DNA from: Candidatus Nomurabacteria bacterium
GTDB taxonomy: Bacteria > Patescibacteriota > Minisyncoccia > Phycocordibacterales > UBA918
DNA: 64,000 bases
Reading direction: 5' to 3'
Assembly: GCA_020632095.1 (NCBI GenBank)
Contig: JACKGF010000002.1
Location: forward strand, 16,502 to 80,501
Each line of letters opens with the position of its first letter. Positions within the stretch are counted from its first letter, which is position 1. Both the position numbers and the translations under genes were made by a program. Below the pieces are notes generated by a model. It worked only from the letters and a program-made list of their open reading frames with translations. It searched no databases and was not told the DNA's origin. This document shows positions 20,255 through 31,418 of the stretch, in pieces.

Positions 20255-20992
20255 TTATTTACCTAAACAGTTTGCAAGCATTACTCTCAATTGAAAAATA
20301 GTATCCGACTTTAATTTAACCCGTAATGAATCTTTTTGGGCATCATTTAACAATTCACCCAAACCATCAAGAATATGTTTGTTATCCATTTTCTCAAGTA
20401 ACTTTATACATTGAACCAAGGTCTCTTCGAATGACATCCCAGATCGAGCCTTAACAATCTCTTGGTTAATAGGCCAGTTATTCTTGGCAAAAAAATTGAC
20501 ATCGAAAATATCACGACTCGTTTTTCCAACTCGCTCATACATAGCCATCAATTTATGGGCAAACATGTCTTCCCGAATCATTACCAACATAGATATTCCC
20601 AACAGTGTCTTCACATCATAGCGAGACCCGAATTGCCGGCGATTGACTTCGATTTTAATATTCTGTGACTGGGGATGATAAGAAATAATATTTAATAAGG
20701 TATATTTTTTTTGGTAAGAATTTTTAATCTCCCCATATTCCTTAACAATTAAATTTATTTTTTCAAACACTTCAGCCTCCTTTGTCTCATCCAACAAATC
20801 GAGATCAATATCTACAGAGTGTCGAGGTAAGCCATAAAACATCATAGCAGCTGTTCCACCTTTGAAGCCCAAATATGGAGAAATGGATGTGTCAGTATAA
20901 ATATCCTTTAAGATCTGCAGTATTGTACTTTTATGCTGGGGATAATCGAATTTCATATAGCTATATTTCATTATAGTCTGCAAAATATTCAT
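20255..20992 (-). CDS. abiEii: AbiEii/AbiGii nucleotidyltransferase toxin (DUF1814)
   Basis: Signature LGFKGGTAAMMFYGLPRHSVDIDLD. The annotated ORF extends to 21040, but the start at Met17 avoids overlap with abiEi. Confidence 0.8.
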   Translation of the reverse strand: MNILQTIMKYSYMKFDYPQHKSTILQILKDIYTDTSISPYLGFKGGTAAMMFYGLPRHSVDIDLDLLDETKEAEVFEKINLIVKEYGEIKNSYQKKYTLLNIISYHPQSQNIKIEVNRRQFGSRYDVKTLLGISMLVMIREDMFAHKLMAMYERVGKTSRDIFDVNFFAKNNWPINQEIVKARSGMSFEETLVQCIKLLEKMDNKHILDGLGELLNDAQKDSLRVKLKSDTIFQLRVMLANCLGK

Positions 20993-21554
20993 CCACCTTT
21001 TCTTGTAAGCGCTTATTTTTATATATTGGCAATATCTCAAAAACCTTTTTCCAATTCAAGTTAGCTAAATTATCAAAATGATAATCTTTACTAACATAAA
21101 GTCGGTCTAAAAATGCCCGCTCTTGAGTTGCAATTGAAAAATTATTTATGTGCTCAACACCAGCACTATTACTTAAAATATCGTCTTTTACTCTAACAAA
21201 CTGAATCATTTGATTTCCAGCTTTAACTTCTCGCTTAATATAAGATGCAACAAAAATGTTTCCATAAAACTGGAAGTTTACACCTTCTCTAGTCAAGACT
21301 GTCTCAAAACTTACATATGAAGGAGTGTAAATCCTAGTAGCTAATTCTAAGCTATTGTAGTCATGATCTTTAGCATAAAATCCTCTATGAACGCGGATTA
21401 ACTTTCCAGATTTAACATATGACTTTAAACGATCGCTCACTACTGTTTTGTTACCCTCCCTCCACAACAAAGCAACATCTTTAGTTGAAAAGATGGTTTT
21501 TGAAGATCTTAATAAAACTTCTAAATATTCTCCTTTTACAGGTTTTTTATCCAT
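20961..21554 (-). CDS. abiEi: AbiEi antitoxin/transcriptional regulator
   Basis: Lies immediately upstream of abiEii on the same strand. AbiEi_4-like N-terminal wHTH (LLWREGNKTVVSDRLKSYVKSGKLIRVHRGFY). Confidence 0.75.
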   Translation of the reverse strand: MDKKPVKGEYLEVLLRSSKTIFSTKDVALLWREGNKTVVSDRLKSYVKSGKLIRVHRGFYAKDHDYNSLELATRIYTPSYVSFETVLTREGVNFQFYGNIFVASYIKREVKAGNQMIQFVRVKDDILSNSAGVEHINNFSIATQERAFLDRLYVSKDYHFDNLANLNWKKVFEILPIYKNKRLQEKVDEYFADYNEI

Positions 21555-21557
21555 TTT

Positions 21558-21594
21558 ATGACTGGAAAGGGGTTTAAAGCACCTTTCCAGTCAT
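21558..21594. promoter_or_regulatory. perfect 13-bp-arm inverted repeat (candidate AbiEi operator)
   Basis: atgactggaaagg-N11-cctttccagtcat, 4 nt upstream of the abiEi start. Confidence 0.5.
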
Positions 21595-21870
21595 AATTAT
21601 AGCACATATGCTTGATTTTATGCAATAACAATTATGCAACAATTACATGGTGATCGCTTAAGGAACGGTTTTTCTTTTTATATCAACCTGTCACAGGTGT
21701 AGCCCATGTATGATTAACCTCTCCACAACCACATCTTTACACACTTTAAAATCATCACCTTTACACTACACTGGAGCCAACATGTATTATTGACATGTGT
21801 CTATCTTCATGATATGAAACATCCAGGGAGCAATTTTGCTCATTAACAAAGCGGGAACGGGAGAATAAAG

Positions 21871-22818
21871 ATGCCTACAGAAACGTTGTTTATCGAAATA
21901 GGTAATGGCTCATGCGGCGCAGGGTGTGGCCACTGTCCACACTCAAGGCAATCCGTACCGGACAGATGGACGTTTTCAGAAGCTCAACTAGATATGTATA
22001 AGCGTATCCGAGCCTACGGGAGCGTGGCTAACATACCTGTGAACACGAGTCTTTTGAACGACATCAACCAAGAAATTAACTACAGTTTCATCGACGGATC
22101 CCTATCGCTGTCAGTATGTGTGACGCTGGGTGAAATCATCGAGTCAAAAACACTCTTGGAGCGCTTGGAGCTTAAATTCGGAGGTCTTAACACCCCTTTT
22201 TCAGAAATCCGGTTTCAAGTTGAATTTGGGCCAGATATTTTGGCTCTGAGTACAGAACGGATGTTCAAATTACTCTGGTTTCAATCTCTAATTGCCGAAA
22301 AATTTAAGGTTCGAGCGGTGATTGTCGCATTCAACGCAAACACCTACAGCGAGAAAGTCGAGGATATCTACATAGACATAACAACAGTCGCCTTGAAGTA
22401 TAGATCTGTTGTAATATCGACCTTCGAAAGGTTAGTAACATCTTCAATGGTTTCAGTTGTCACAGAACCGTCGGTGTTGCGGATGTGGGCTCATGTGGAA
22501 GTCCCTACTCTTGGATGTCAACTTGTACTAGGCGGTCGTCTTCTTGAGAAAGACCATTCGCCTGATCAAGCAAAGATCATGGAGGACAGAAGTCGGCATG
22601 ATAATACGTGCATGGTTTCACTATTACCCAAGCATGTTCAGTTCAATCACATGACGTACAACATCAACGACCCATCACTCCGGTTCTCCTACGATGATTT
22701 CGGCAGAATCCTGACCGGAGTTCAAAAGAGACAAGGAGACCTTCTTAGGACACTCTTCCGTCACGTAGACGCACGTCGAAAGAGAAAGCAAAAAATGATC
22801 ACTGTTACATCGGCCTAG
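21871..22818 (+). CDS. hypothetical protein with an N-terminal CxxxCxxC motif (radical-SAM-like?)
   Basis: GNGSCGAGCGHCP is close to the N-terminus; the remainder is unrecognised. A terminator hairpin sits at 22843-22870. Confidence 0.45.
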   Translation: MPTETLFIEIGNGSCGAGCGHCPHSRQSVPDRWTFSEAQLDMYKRIRAYGSVANIPVNTSLLNDINQEINYSFIDGSLSLSVCVTLGEIIESKTLLERLELKFGGLNTPFSEIRFQVEFGPDILALSTERMFKLLWFQSLIAEKFKVRAVIVAFNANTYSEKVEDIYIDITTVALKYRSVVISTFERLVTSSMVSVVTEPSVLRMWAHVEVPTLGCQLVLGGRLLEKDHSPDQAKIMEDRSRHDNTCMVSLLPKHVQFNHMTYNINDPSLRFSYDDFGRILTGVQKRQGDLLRTLFRHVDARRKRKQKMITVTSA

Positions 22819-23218
22819 GAGGCGCCAAAAGTATGAAGGACCCCAGCATAGACTGGGGCCTTTTAATTGCACAGGATAATATCTACCGCCACACAACACC
22901 AACAAAGCAATTACTGCTTAACAAGTAAGTATTATCTAGCCACAGATTTCAAAACCTCCACCGCCCAGCATATGCTTCAGAATCTGAATTCTCCGCACTT
23001 AAAAACAGGATGGCGTAGTATACTTTGTTACTCAAATAACTAAATTTATAAATAATTAGACAAAAAAATTTGACTTAAAACAAATTTGGGTAGATATTAT
23101 TAAGCAAGTTGACTAGGTAACTAGCAACGAGTTCTTTCCTGCTGATATTTGTGGCAGGTTTTAAAATTGAGGAGAAAAAGGATCACATCCTGACTCTTCT
23201 GTCTGTTTGGAGAAAAAA

Positions 23219-23413
23219 ATGAATAATGCAACTCAAAATTCAGTCAAAGAATCCATCCTCTTTCCCAACCAAGGGTGGGGTGACCTTGATGCTAGTCTGT
23301 CACGAGTTAGTCTTGGTTGGAATCACACAACCAATACTTCCACAACACCATGCAATTGTACAAACAAAAGCAACGAATTTTGCACAATCTGCGGGGAAGC
23401 ATCCGGCGGATAA
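23219..23413 (+). CDS. small Cys-rich peptide (candidate modified-peptide precursor)
   Basis: GGAG SD before the ATG. 64 aa with a C-terminal PCNCTNKSNEFCTICGEASGG. A terminator follows. Confidence 0.3.
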   Translation: MNNATQNSVKESILFPNQGWGDLDASLSRVSLGWNHTTNTSTTPCNCTNKSNEFCTICGEASGG

Positions 23414-23825
23414 TCGGCAAAGAAGGGTGAGGAGACATAAATAAAATAAATAGCAGATAGTGAGTCTTTTGCATCTGACTATGTCGAGAGGCCGGAAGTA
23501 TGACACGCAAGTGTATGTACCCGGCCTTTTATAATTTTAAATTTTGAAACGTCACGACAGAAGCTTTAACGTTATTAATTTAGTTACTAAGCACATCTAT
23601 TACAAAGATGGTGTCTTAGGGTTAAAATCATTATAGTTTGATACTTGATTGACTTGTACTTAATTGGATTTTTGCGTAACTTGTTACACTTAAAGTTGAC
23701 CTTTATAGATGTGCACTCTATGTCCTTGACAGTAAAAATAGCAGGAATACTATAGATTATGGGTGTAGAGAAAAGTTTTTTGAATAACTTGTCCCATTAG
23801 GGACACAGCAAAAAAGGAGAACGAG

Positions 23826-24209
23826 ATGGAAAAAAAGACCCCATTCGTAACTGAGCTTGAAACATACATAGCAGAAGTAATTCCCACAATTGAAAGCAAA
23901 ACAGATGGTGGTGCGGAGGACATGATGGAAATAGCACAATTCTATCAAGCGGTCAAATCTGTTGACGAGAGACATAAGTGGCGTACGGGTGTCTTAAGGA
24001 AAAAAGATCCGTGGCTTGAGCCAGACGGTCTAAATATGTGCAACTCATACTTCATGGAAAGAAGAGACCCTGAAAAACCATGCGGTGCAGACCTGTTTCG
24101 TGGTCATAGGTTCACTTACCAAACACTACTTCGTCTAGCCAGGAGGAAGGTAGCCGAAGTTTCAAGATCATACGGACTCAATGTAACAGGAAGAATTGAG
24201 TCATGCTGA
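23826..24209 (+). CDS. hypothetical protein
   Basis: AAGGAGAACGAG SD before the ATG and no domain recognised. Confidence 0.4.
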   Translation: MEKKTPFVTELETYIAEVIPTIESKTDGGAEDMMEIAQFYQAVKSVDERHKWRTGVLRKKDPWLEPDGLNMCNSYFMERRDPEKPCGADLFRGHRFTYQTLLRLARRKVAEVSRSYGLNVTGRIESC

Positions 24210-24338
24210 GGTCGGTTGAGAGCGACAATTCCGACCACCTTGAAGGAAACGTGGGCCGACGATACGATTTACGCCGGCCCTTTGTTTTGTTTAAATTTTT
24301 ACATCAAGAACCTTCAGATTTAAATATTATGAAACAAT

Positions 24339-24371
24339 AAAAGACTGGTCCCAACGGGACCAGTCTTTTAT
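24339..24371. terminator. bidirectional terminator
   Basis: aagactggtccc-aac-gggaccagtctttt. Confidence 0.6.
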
Positions 24372-24389
24372 TGTTTCTCTAGCCTAGAC

Positions 24390-27110
24390 CTAAGCCGCTA
24401 TCGGCACTTTAGTCTTATTAATATTTCTCTTAGCAGGTTTAACTGATGACTTGGTCGCAACATTTTTTCGGCCCTGCTTTTTTACCTCGAAGTCCAACTG
24501 ATCTTTTTTCATTGTCACTTTAACCGTTCCACCTTGCAAGACCCCCTCTCCTACCATCATATTAGCAATCGGAGTCAGAATCTTGCTTTGGATTAGTCTG
24601 CGAAGTGGACGAGCACCAAACTTCGGATCATAACCTTCTTTAGCTAAGTAATCACGCACCTCTTTCGAAATAGTTAAAACAATTTCTTTCTTCAACAACC
24701 TTTCAACCACATCAGCCACTTGAATGTCAACAATACCCGCAATTACTTCTGGCGTGAGAATATCAAAGGTAATAATCTCATCTAGTCGATTGAGGAATTC
24801 TGGTCGGAAATATTGCTTGAGGCTTTCCATCACCTTATCCTTAGCTTGTGAGTACTGAGCTTCTTCGCCGTGGTCAACAGCAAAGCCAAAATTGGACATG
24901 CGGTCAATATGCTCTGAGCCAATATTTGAAGTCATGATAATCACCGTATTTTTGAAGTTTACCTTACGTCCTTTCGCGTCAGTTAAGTGCCCAGAATCCA
25001 ATACTTGCAGCAATACATTGAACACCTCCGGATGAGCCTTCTCAACTTCATCAAGTAGAATAACTGAATATGGGCGCCGGCGAACCCGCTCAGTGATAGA
25101 ACCGCCTTCATCGTGACCAACGTACCCCGGCGGTGAACCGATTATCTTGGAAACGGAGTGCTTTTCCATGTATTCAGACATGTCAATTCGCACCACCGCG
25201 TCAGGGTCGTTAAACATGAATTTAGCCAACGCTTGCGACAGCTCCGTTTTACCAACTCCAGTTGGACCAAGGAAGAGGAATGAGCCAATCGGACGATTTG
25301 GGTCAGCAATACCTGCTCGTGAACGCTTGATAGCGTCAGACACAAGCTTCACAGCATTGTCTTGTCCAATGACTTTTTCTTTCAGTACTTCTTCCATGCG
25401 AGCCAGCTTTTGTACTTCTGCTTCGAGCATGCGACTGACTGGAATTCCAGTCCAACGCGACACCACACCCGCAATCTCTTCAGCCGTCACTTCTTCTTTC
25501 AAAAGACGGCGACTGCGCTGAAGTTTCTTCAGCCGCTTCAATTTCACATCTAGCGCTTTCTGTACCGTTGGAATGGTTGAATAGCGAATCTCAGCCGCTT
25601 TCGACAAATCAGCGGCCGCTTCGGCGTTGTCAGCCTCAACTCGGAGTTCTTCCAAATCTTTTTTCAACTGACTGATTTCTCCCAATGCCTCTTTCTCGTT
25701 ATTCCATTTAGTTTCAATATTTGAAGTGGTTTCTTTATATTCACCAATCTCACTTTCAATTTCTTTAATACGGTCTTTAACTTTTTTCTTATTAGCAGAA
25801 ATTTCAACCTCTTTACGCAAAGCCTCACGTTCTATCTCCAGCCGACGAATCAGACGATCGGTTTCAACCAATTCGTCTGGCTTATTTTCTAGTGAAATAC
25901 GCAGGGCGGCGGCGGCTTCATCGATTAAGTCGACTGCCTTGTCGGGTAGGAAACGTTCAGTGATATAACGGGAAGACAAATCCACTGCCGCAACAATCGC
26001 TTCATCGGTAATCCGAATACCATGATACAACTCATACTTTTCGGCCAAACCACGCAAAATCGCAATCGCGTCCTCCTGATTTGGCTCATTCACAAAGACA
26101 GGTTGGAAACGTCGGGTTAAGGCTGGATCACGTTCGATGTGCTTTTGGTATTCCTTAAGGGTTGTAGCTCCAATCACCCGAATTTCTCCGCGTGCCAAGG
26201 CTGGCTTCAACATATTCGAAGCATCCATTGAACCATCAGCTTGACCAGCTCCAACAATAGTATGGAGCTCGTCAATAAAGAGAATTACTTTTCCGTCAGC
26301 GTCTTCCACCTCTTTCATAACAGCTTTTAAACGCTCTTCAAACTCACCCCGAAACTTAGTTCCAGCCACCAAAAGACCGAGGTCAAGAGACAAAATCTCC
26401 TTTCCTTTAACCGACTCTGGCACTTGTCCGAGGATAATTTGTTGGGCCAAGCCTTCTGCAATCGCAGTTTTACCAACTCCAGCTTCACCAATCAGCACCG
26501 GATTATTCTTAGTACGTCGCGACAAAATCTGCACTACGCGCTGAATTTCTAGGTCGCGCCCAATTACTGGGTCGACTTTATTCTCTTGTGCTAGTTTATT
26601 TAAATTACGAGTGAACTTGGCGAGATTACGCGCTTTCTTGGGAGACTGGGCGTCAGAAATGTTGTTTTCGCGTAGTTCTTTGATAGCTTCCATTACCCGA
26701 CTTTTTTCGATACCAGTACGTTGGATAATTTCAGCTGCTGGGCCAGAATGCTCCAGTACGGACACAAACAAATGCTCCACTCCAACGTAAGAATCACCAA
26801 GTTGCTCAGCAAATACACCTGAGTGTTCTAAGGCACGTGCTAGCTCAGGGGTAAGGTAAAGTTGATATGATTGAGAAATTGTTGTTTGCACCTCTGGCAT
26901 TTCAAGTGATTCGAGCAGTAAGTCAGTAAAAGCAATAACGTCAATATCGAGACGATCAAGAATAGCAATCACAGTACTTTCGTCCTGCATCGCGAGCGCG
27001 GTTAGAAGATGAATCGGGCTGACGTGGTTTTGACCTCTTTCAATCGCTAATTCGTGGGCTTTTCTAATCGCTTCTTTAGCTTTGGTTGTGAAATTTTGAA
27101 AATTCGGCAT
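24390..27110 (-). CDS. clpB: ATP-dependent chaperone ClpB
   Basis: Two AAA+ modules ([16 protein letters not shown]), a long coiled-coil M-domain and a Clp N-domain. It has a basic C-terminal extension. Confidence 0.95.
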   Translation of the reverse strand: MPNFQNFTTKAKEAIRKAHELAIERGQNHVSPIHLLTALAMQDESTVIAILDRLDIDVIAFTDLLLESLEMPEVQTTISQSYQLYLTPELARALEHSGVFAEQLGDSYVGVEHLFVSVLEHSGPAAEIIQRTGIEKSRVMEAIKELRENNISDAQSPKKARNLAKFTRNLNKLAQENKVDPVIGRDLEIQRVVQILSRRTKNNPVLIGEAGVGKTAIAEGLAQQIILGQVPESVKGKEILSLDLGLLVAGTKFRGEFEERLKAVMKEVEDADGKVILFIDELHTIVGAGQADGSMDASNMLKPALARGEIRVIGATTLKEYQKHIERDPALTRRFQPVFVNEPNQEDAIAILRGLAEKYELYHGIRITDEAIVAAVDLSSRYITERFLPDKAVDLIDEAAAALRISLENKPDELVETDRLIRRLEIEREALRKEVEISANKKKVKDRIKEIESEIGEYKETTSNIETKWNNEKEALGEISQLKKDLEELRVEADNAEAAADLSKAAEIRYSTIPTVQKALDVKLKRLKKLQRSRRLLKEEVTAEEIAGVVSRWTGIPVSRMLEAEVQKLARMEEVLKEKVIGQDNAVKLVSDAIKRSRAGIADPNRPIGSFLFLGPTGVGKTELSQALAKFMFNDPDAVVRIDMSEYMEKHSVSKIIGSPPGYVGHDEGGSITERVRRRPYSVILLDEVEKAHPEVFNVLLQVLDSGHLTDAKGRKVNFKNTVIIMTSNIGSEHIDRMSNFGFAVDHGEEAQYSQAKDKVMESLKQYFRPEFLNRLDEIITFDILTPEVIAGIVDIQVADVVERLLKKEIVLTISKEVRDYLAKEGYDPKFGARPLRRLIQSKILTPIANMMVGEGVLQGGTVKVTMKKDQLDFEVKKQGRKNVATKSSVKPAKRNINKTKVPIAA

Positions 27111-27219
27111 ATATCTATTTATTATACGGTACGGGCGGACAGTAAGTCAGACAAATTGTTAGCAGAAAAGCCTGTATTTAGTATTACGTACCATTATTAA
27201 CTATCTTGCAATGAATCGT

Positions 27220-28425
27220 CTAGCTAGTCAACCTTTTCATTTGTTCAATGTGTTTTTTGAGGACGGCTGTGAGAGATTTTATTTGTTCTAGGGTGGTGTC
27301 TGGACTGAGGGAGATACGGAGGGTAGAGGCGGCGCGGGCGGGGTCAGCTGAAATCTCGCGGACCACTACACTCTCTCCCCCGCCCGCTCCCGCACACGCC
27401 GACTTGGTACTCACCGCAAAACCATGAGTATCCAATACCACCGTCGCATACTCCGTATCAAGTCCCGGAATGGAAATATTTATATTATTAGCCAGACGAT
27501 TGTCTCCTAGCGCACCATTCAACACCATCTCCGGAATCACATCCATCAAGTGCAATATTGCTTGATTACGCACCTGAATCACTCGCTCCGCTCGCTCCCT
27601 CCAATCCGCCTGTGCCGCCTGAAACGCTACCCCAGCTCCCACAATCCCCGCCACATTTTCCGTCCCTGAGCGCAAATCTTGCTCCTGTCCCCCACCAAAC
27701 ATTATCGGCGACAACGTCGCTCGCTTACTTTTCACCAACACTCCAACCCCTTTCGGACCACAGCATTTAGCCGCATCTAACACCAAAAAATCAGCCCCGG
27801 TAGAGTCAAACTGACAAGACAACCACAACGGCGCCTGCGCCGCATCAACATGGAAGTAGATAATCGTATTATACTTTTTCTCCGCCTCAGCAATCACCTT
27901 ACCAATTTGACGCAACGCTTGAACCGTCCCAATCTCACTATTAGCGTAGGCACACGACACCAACACGGTCTTGGCCGACAATAATTCTTTCAAATCTGCC
28001 AACACAATCCTCCCTTCAGTATCAACCGCCACGTATTTCACTGTCACCCCCAATTCTGCCAACTTCTCCATTGTCTTAGTAATTGAAGGATGTTCTATCT
28101 TGGTCGTCACTACTTCCATATAAGCATATTCCCTCCCTTCCTTCCGCAAACTTTCAATCACTCCCAATAGTGCCAGATTGTTTCCCTCGGTACCACCACC
28201 GGTAAAAATCACATACTCTGGTCGCACCTGCACCGCCTGTGCCACCTGTGCCCGTGCCAATTCCACCGCCTGCCGCGCCCGCACTCCCAACTTATGAATC
28301 GAATTAGGATTCCCGTACTCCAAACGTAAAAAAGGTTCCATCGCCACAAAAGCCGCCGGCAACAAAGGCGTAGCCGCCGCATAATCCAAATAAACACTAT
28401 TGGTATCTTTCGCAATTTCATTCAT
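27220..28425 (-). CDS. cysteine desulfurase (class V aminotransferase, NifS/IscS-like)
   Basis: PLP-fold motifs (FTGGGTEGNNLAL, HVDAAQA, active Cys in STKSACAG). The annotated ORF extends to 28485. The gene is noticeably GC-rich compared with its flanks. Confidence 0.8.
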   Translation of the reverse strand: MNEIAKDTNSVYLDYAAATPLLPAAFVAMEPFLRLEYGNPNSIHKLGVRARQAVELARAQVAQAVQVRPEYVIFTGGGTEGNNLALLGVIESLRKEGREYAYMEVVTTKIEHPSITKTMEKLAELGVTVKYVAVDTEGRIVLADLKELLSAKTVLVSCAYANSEIGTVQALRQIGKVIAEAEKKYNTIIYFHVDAAQAPLWLSCQFDSTGADFLVLDAAKCCGPKGVGVLVKSKRATLSPIMFGGGQEQDLRSGTENVAGIVGAGVAFQAAQADWRERAERVIQVRNQAILHLMDVIPEMVLNGALGDNRLANNINISIPGLDTEYATVVLDTHGFAVSTKSACAGAGGGESVVVREISADPARAASTLRISLSPDTTLEQIKSLTAVLKKHIEQMKRLTS

Positions 28426-28552
28426 ACCCGAAATCATTACATGGGGCGAGAAAAGTGTAAATCGTTTTACAAAAATATTTGACATTTTCTAAAACAATGA
28501 TATGTTTTTTCACACGGTAATGTCGCCGTGTTCCTTAAATGGAGGTGTCCTC

Positions 28553-29155
28553 ATGACACAAAGCATTGTTTTTTCATACTATCCAGAATCCTGCTTTCAA
28601 GAATCTGGCGATAGTAAATTGCAACGTGATGTTGTACCTTTTGGTGTAAGACGGCAGCTTTTCGAAAAGGAATACCCGCCGGCGTTACATTCATCAGAAT
28701 GGGGTAATTTCCTCAACGAATTTGAAGAGTACCAAAAATTTTGCGGAGGATGGCACCGTGGAAATCGCACTAAAATGCGCAAACCACTGATTCTGTGGAT
28801 TTTTGACTTAGTTAATAGGGTTGAAGAGCGTTGTACCAAATTCCGTGACGGCTGGGCTTTGTCATGGGAATTCCGTTACTACATTCATCGATCTGAGACT
28901 GACGAAGCAATTCGACTCAGTATACCTGCCTGGTTTGTGACCATCAAAGACCCCGAGGGAAACAATGTCCATAGAAATTGGACGGTTATGTTGGATCAAG
29001 AAGGAGATCTTTGGATAAAACGTGGTGCTGCAACAAGTAAAAGTCCGATGGCATTCAATAGCTACATGTACTGGGACAATGCAGAAGGTCGCTTACTCGA
29101 CGCGATTTATTCCCATATGCGGTTACGTGAATTTAGTATTAAGAAGCAGAAGTAA
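28553..29155 (+). CDS. hypothetical protein
   Basis: GGAGG 7 nt before the ATG at 28553 and no domain recognised. Confidence 0.45.
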   Translation: MTQSIVFSYYPESCFQESGDSKLQRDVVPFGVRRQLFEKEYPPALHSSEWGNFLNEFEEYQKFCGGWHRGNRTKMRKPLILWIFDLVNRVEERCTKFRDGWALSWEFRYYIHRSETDEAIRLSIPAWFVTIKDPEGNNVHRNWTVMLDQEGDLWIKRGAATSKSPMAFNSYMYWDNAEGRLLDAIYSHMRLREFSIKKQK

Positions 29156-29387
29156 AAATATGTTCTTAAGTTTTAATAAAGAATAACCACTGCCTAACTA
29201 AAGAGTTGGGTCAGTTAGAAAAAGCACATATGTAGATATTATAGAATATCTAATAAATATGGTGCTTTTTTAGTTTTTAAACCCGAAACCACGCCACAGG
29301 GTGCGAAAAGTGTAAATCTCTGCTATACTCCAGTAAATATTTTATTAGCACGCCAATCTAGGGCGTTTTTATGAATAGGCATACATT

Positions 29388-30896
29388 ATGGCAAAAAAGA
29401 AAACAATCCAAACTCCAATCATTACTAAGCGACCACCCATCGTGGTGGTTATGGGTCATATTGACCACGGCAAGTCTACCCTGCTTGATACCATCAGAAA
29501 AAGTAACATTGTCGACGCTGAAGCCGGCGGCATCACTCAACACCTCTCGGCTTACGTCGTCCCACACACCACCAAGGACGGCTCTGAAGAAACTATCACT
29601 TTCCTAGATACTCCAGGACACGAAGCTTTCCAGAAAATGCGTCTCCGTGGGGCTGATGTAGCCGATGTAGCGATTCTTATGGTATCGGCCGAAGATGGCG
29701 TGAAGCCTCAGACTCTTGAAGCACTTGAGTCAATCAAGCAAGCCAACATTCCATTTGTAGTTGCTATCAACAAAATCGACAAACCTGGTGCCGATCTACC
29801 ACGTACCCAATCAAGCCTAATCGAAAACGAAATCTACATCGAAGGTATGGGCGGCGATATCCCTTGGGCAGCCGTTTCCGCCAAAAGTGGTGAGGGTATC
29901 AATGAACTACTCGACTTGGTTATCCTAGCGGCCGACTTAGCCGAACTTGAAGGTGACCCCAATGCTCTCGCTACCGGAAAAGTGATTGAAGGTAAAATGG
30001 ACGCCAAACGTGGCAACACCGCTACTCTGATTGTAACCAACGGTACTCTTAAGAGTGGGCAATTTGTCATCGCTGGTAACTGCTACGCCCCAGTACGGAT
30101 TATGGAAGACTTTCAAGGGAAGACTGTAAAGGAAGCTAGTCTTTCTACTCCGATTCGACTGGTTGGGTTTACCAGCGTTCCTGAGGTAGGATCAACTTTC
30201 ACAACCGTTGCTAGCAAGAAAGACGCTGAAGTGATAGTTTCTGAAATCAATGACAACAACACCGAAGCAAATACCCCAGTCAAACGCTCCACCCTACCGA
30301 TGGTACCGATTTTAATCAAAGCTGATGTTCTAGGTACTATCGAAGCTATTCAGCACGAATTAGACAAATTTGAATCAGATCGTATTACGGTTAGAGTAAT
30401 TGATTCTGCTGTTGGAGACATCAATGTCAGTGATGTACAAAACATCAGTGCTACTAAAGACTCTATTATCGTAGGATTCAACGTAAAGGTTGAACGAGCC
30501 GCTCAGGACTTGGCCGACCGACAAGGGGTAGAAATTGATACCTTCAGTATTATTTACGAACTATCCGACTGGTTGAATACTGCCTTGAAGAATCGAACTC
30601 CAAAACTAGAAGAAAAAGTGGAAACTGGATTGGTAAAAATCCTTAAGCACTTCAGTGCCCAGAAGCACATCCATGTCCTTGGAGGTCGAGTTGAGGAAGG
30701 AGTAATAAAAATGAACCAACGAGTAACAATTCTACGTCGAGATATTGAGGTTGGAAAAGGTACCATCAAAAATCTCCAACAATACAAATCCGACGTCCAA
30801 AAAGTCGAAGAGGGTGAATTTGGTATGCAGATCGACACCAAAGCTGAATTAGCCCCTGGAGACTATCTAAAGCCGTACGACACGGTTATTACCTAA
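29388..30896 (+). CDS. infB: translation initiation factor IF-2 (short form)
   Basis: G-domain ([21 protein letters not shown]), followed by beta-barrel domains. Confidence 0.9.
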   Translation: MAKKKTIQTPIITKRPPIVVVMGHIDHGKSTLLDTIRKSNIVDAEAGGITQHLSAYVVPHTTKDGSEETITFLDTPGHEAFQKMRLRGADVADVAILMVSAEDGVKPQTLEALESIKQANIPFVVAINKIDKPGADLPRTQSSLIENEIYIEGMGGDIPWAAVSAKSGEGINELLDLVILAADLAELEGDPNALATGKVIEGKMDAKRGNTATLIVTNGTLKSGQFVIAGNCYAPVRIMEDFQGKTVKEASLSTPIRLVGFTSVPEVGSTFTTVASKKDAEVIVSEINDNNTEANTPVKRSTLPMVPILIKADVLGTIEAIQHELDKFESDRITVRVIDSAVGDINVSDVQNISATKDSIIVGFNVKVERAAQDLADRQGVEIDTFSIIYELSDWLNTALKNRTPKLEEKVETGLVKILKHFSAQKHIHVLGGRVEEGVIKMNQRVTILRRDIEVGKGTIKNLQQYKSDVQKVEEGEFGMQIDTKAELAPGDYLKPYDTVIT

Positions 30897-30900
30897 CAAT

Positions 30901-31248
30901 ATGCCTCACACAGACCGTCGCACCAAAGTAGCAATGTTGTTAAAGGAATTAGCTGCCACCTTTATTCAACAAGAAGCCAATGCTAATCCGCTGATTACAG
31001 TGACTAATGTTAATATTTCTCCAGACCTTAGCCAGGCGACTATTTTCTTTACCACTATCCCCGACGGTCGCGAAGGTGACGCTTTGATTTTTCTCAAAAG
31101 AAATGCTACTAACCTACGCAACTACCTAAAGAAAAAAATGCGCATTAAAGCCATTCCTCACCTAGAATTCATGGTTGACGCCGGCGAACGCCACCGCCAA
31201 CACATGGACGAGTTGGTACACGAGATTGAGGAGAAAAAGAAAGAGTAA
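30901..31248 (+). CDS. rbfA: ribosome-binding factor A
   Basis: 115 aa of RbfA length and KH-like pattern. It is immediately downstream of infB. Confidence 0.8.
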   Translation: MPHTDRRTKVAMLLKELAATFIQQEANANPLITVTNVNISPDLSQATIFFTTIPDGREGDALIFLKRNATNLRNYLKKKMRIKAIPHLEFMVDAGERHRQHMDELVHEIEEKKKE

Positions 31249-31312
31249 GTAAGTTAGATTAACATAAAAAGAACGAGGCCAGATGCCTCGTTCTTTTTGT
31301 ATATGTTGTTTT

Positions 31313-31398
31313 GTGCCGAGAATGGGACTTGAACCCATACGAGCTTTCGCTCACAACATTTTAAGTGTTGCGTGTCTACCGATTCCACCACCCCGGCA
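31313..31398 (-). tRNA. tRNA-Leu (anticodon TAA)
   Basis: On the reverse strand: acceptor gccgggg/tctcggc, anticodon loop cuUAAaa, long variable arm. Confidence 0.85.
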
Positions 31399-31418
31399 AT
31401 ATTATCTATAAAATGAAA

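Noticed and set aside
25142-25968. Antisense and internal ORFs within clpB (25142-25968), and similar ones within gyrA, ftsZ, topA and relA
   Set aside because: They are entirely nested in or antisense to high-confidence conserved genes and have no independent support.
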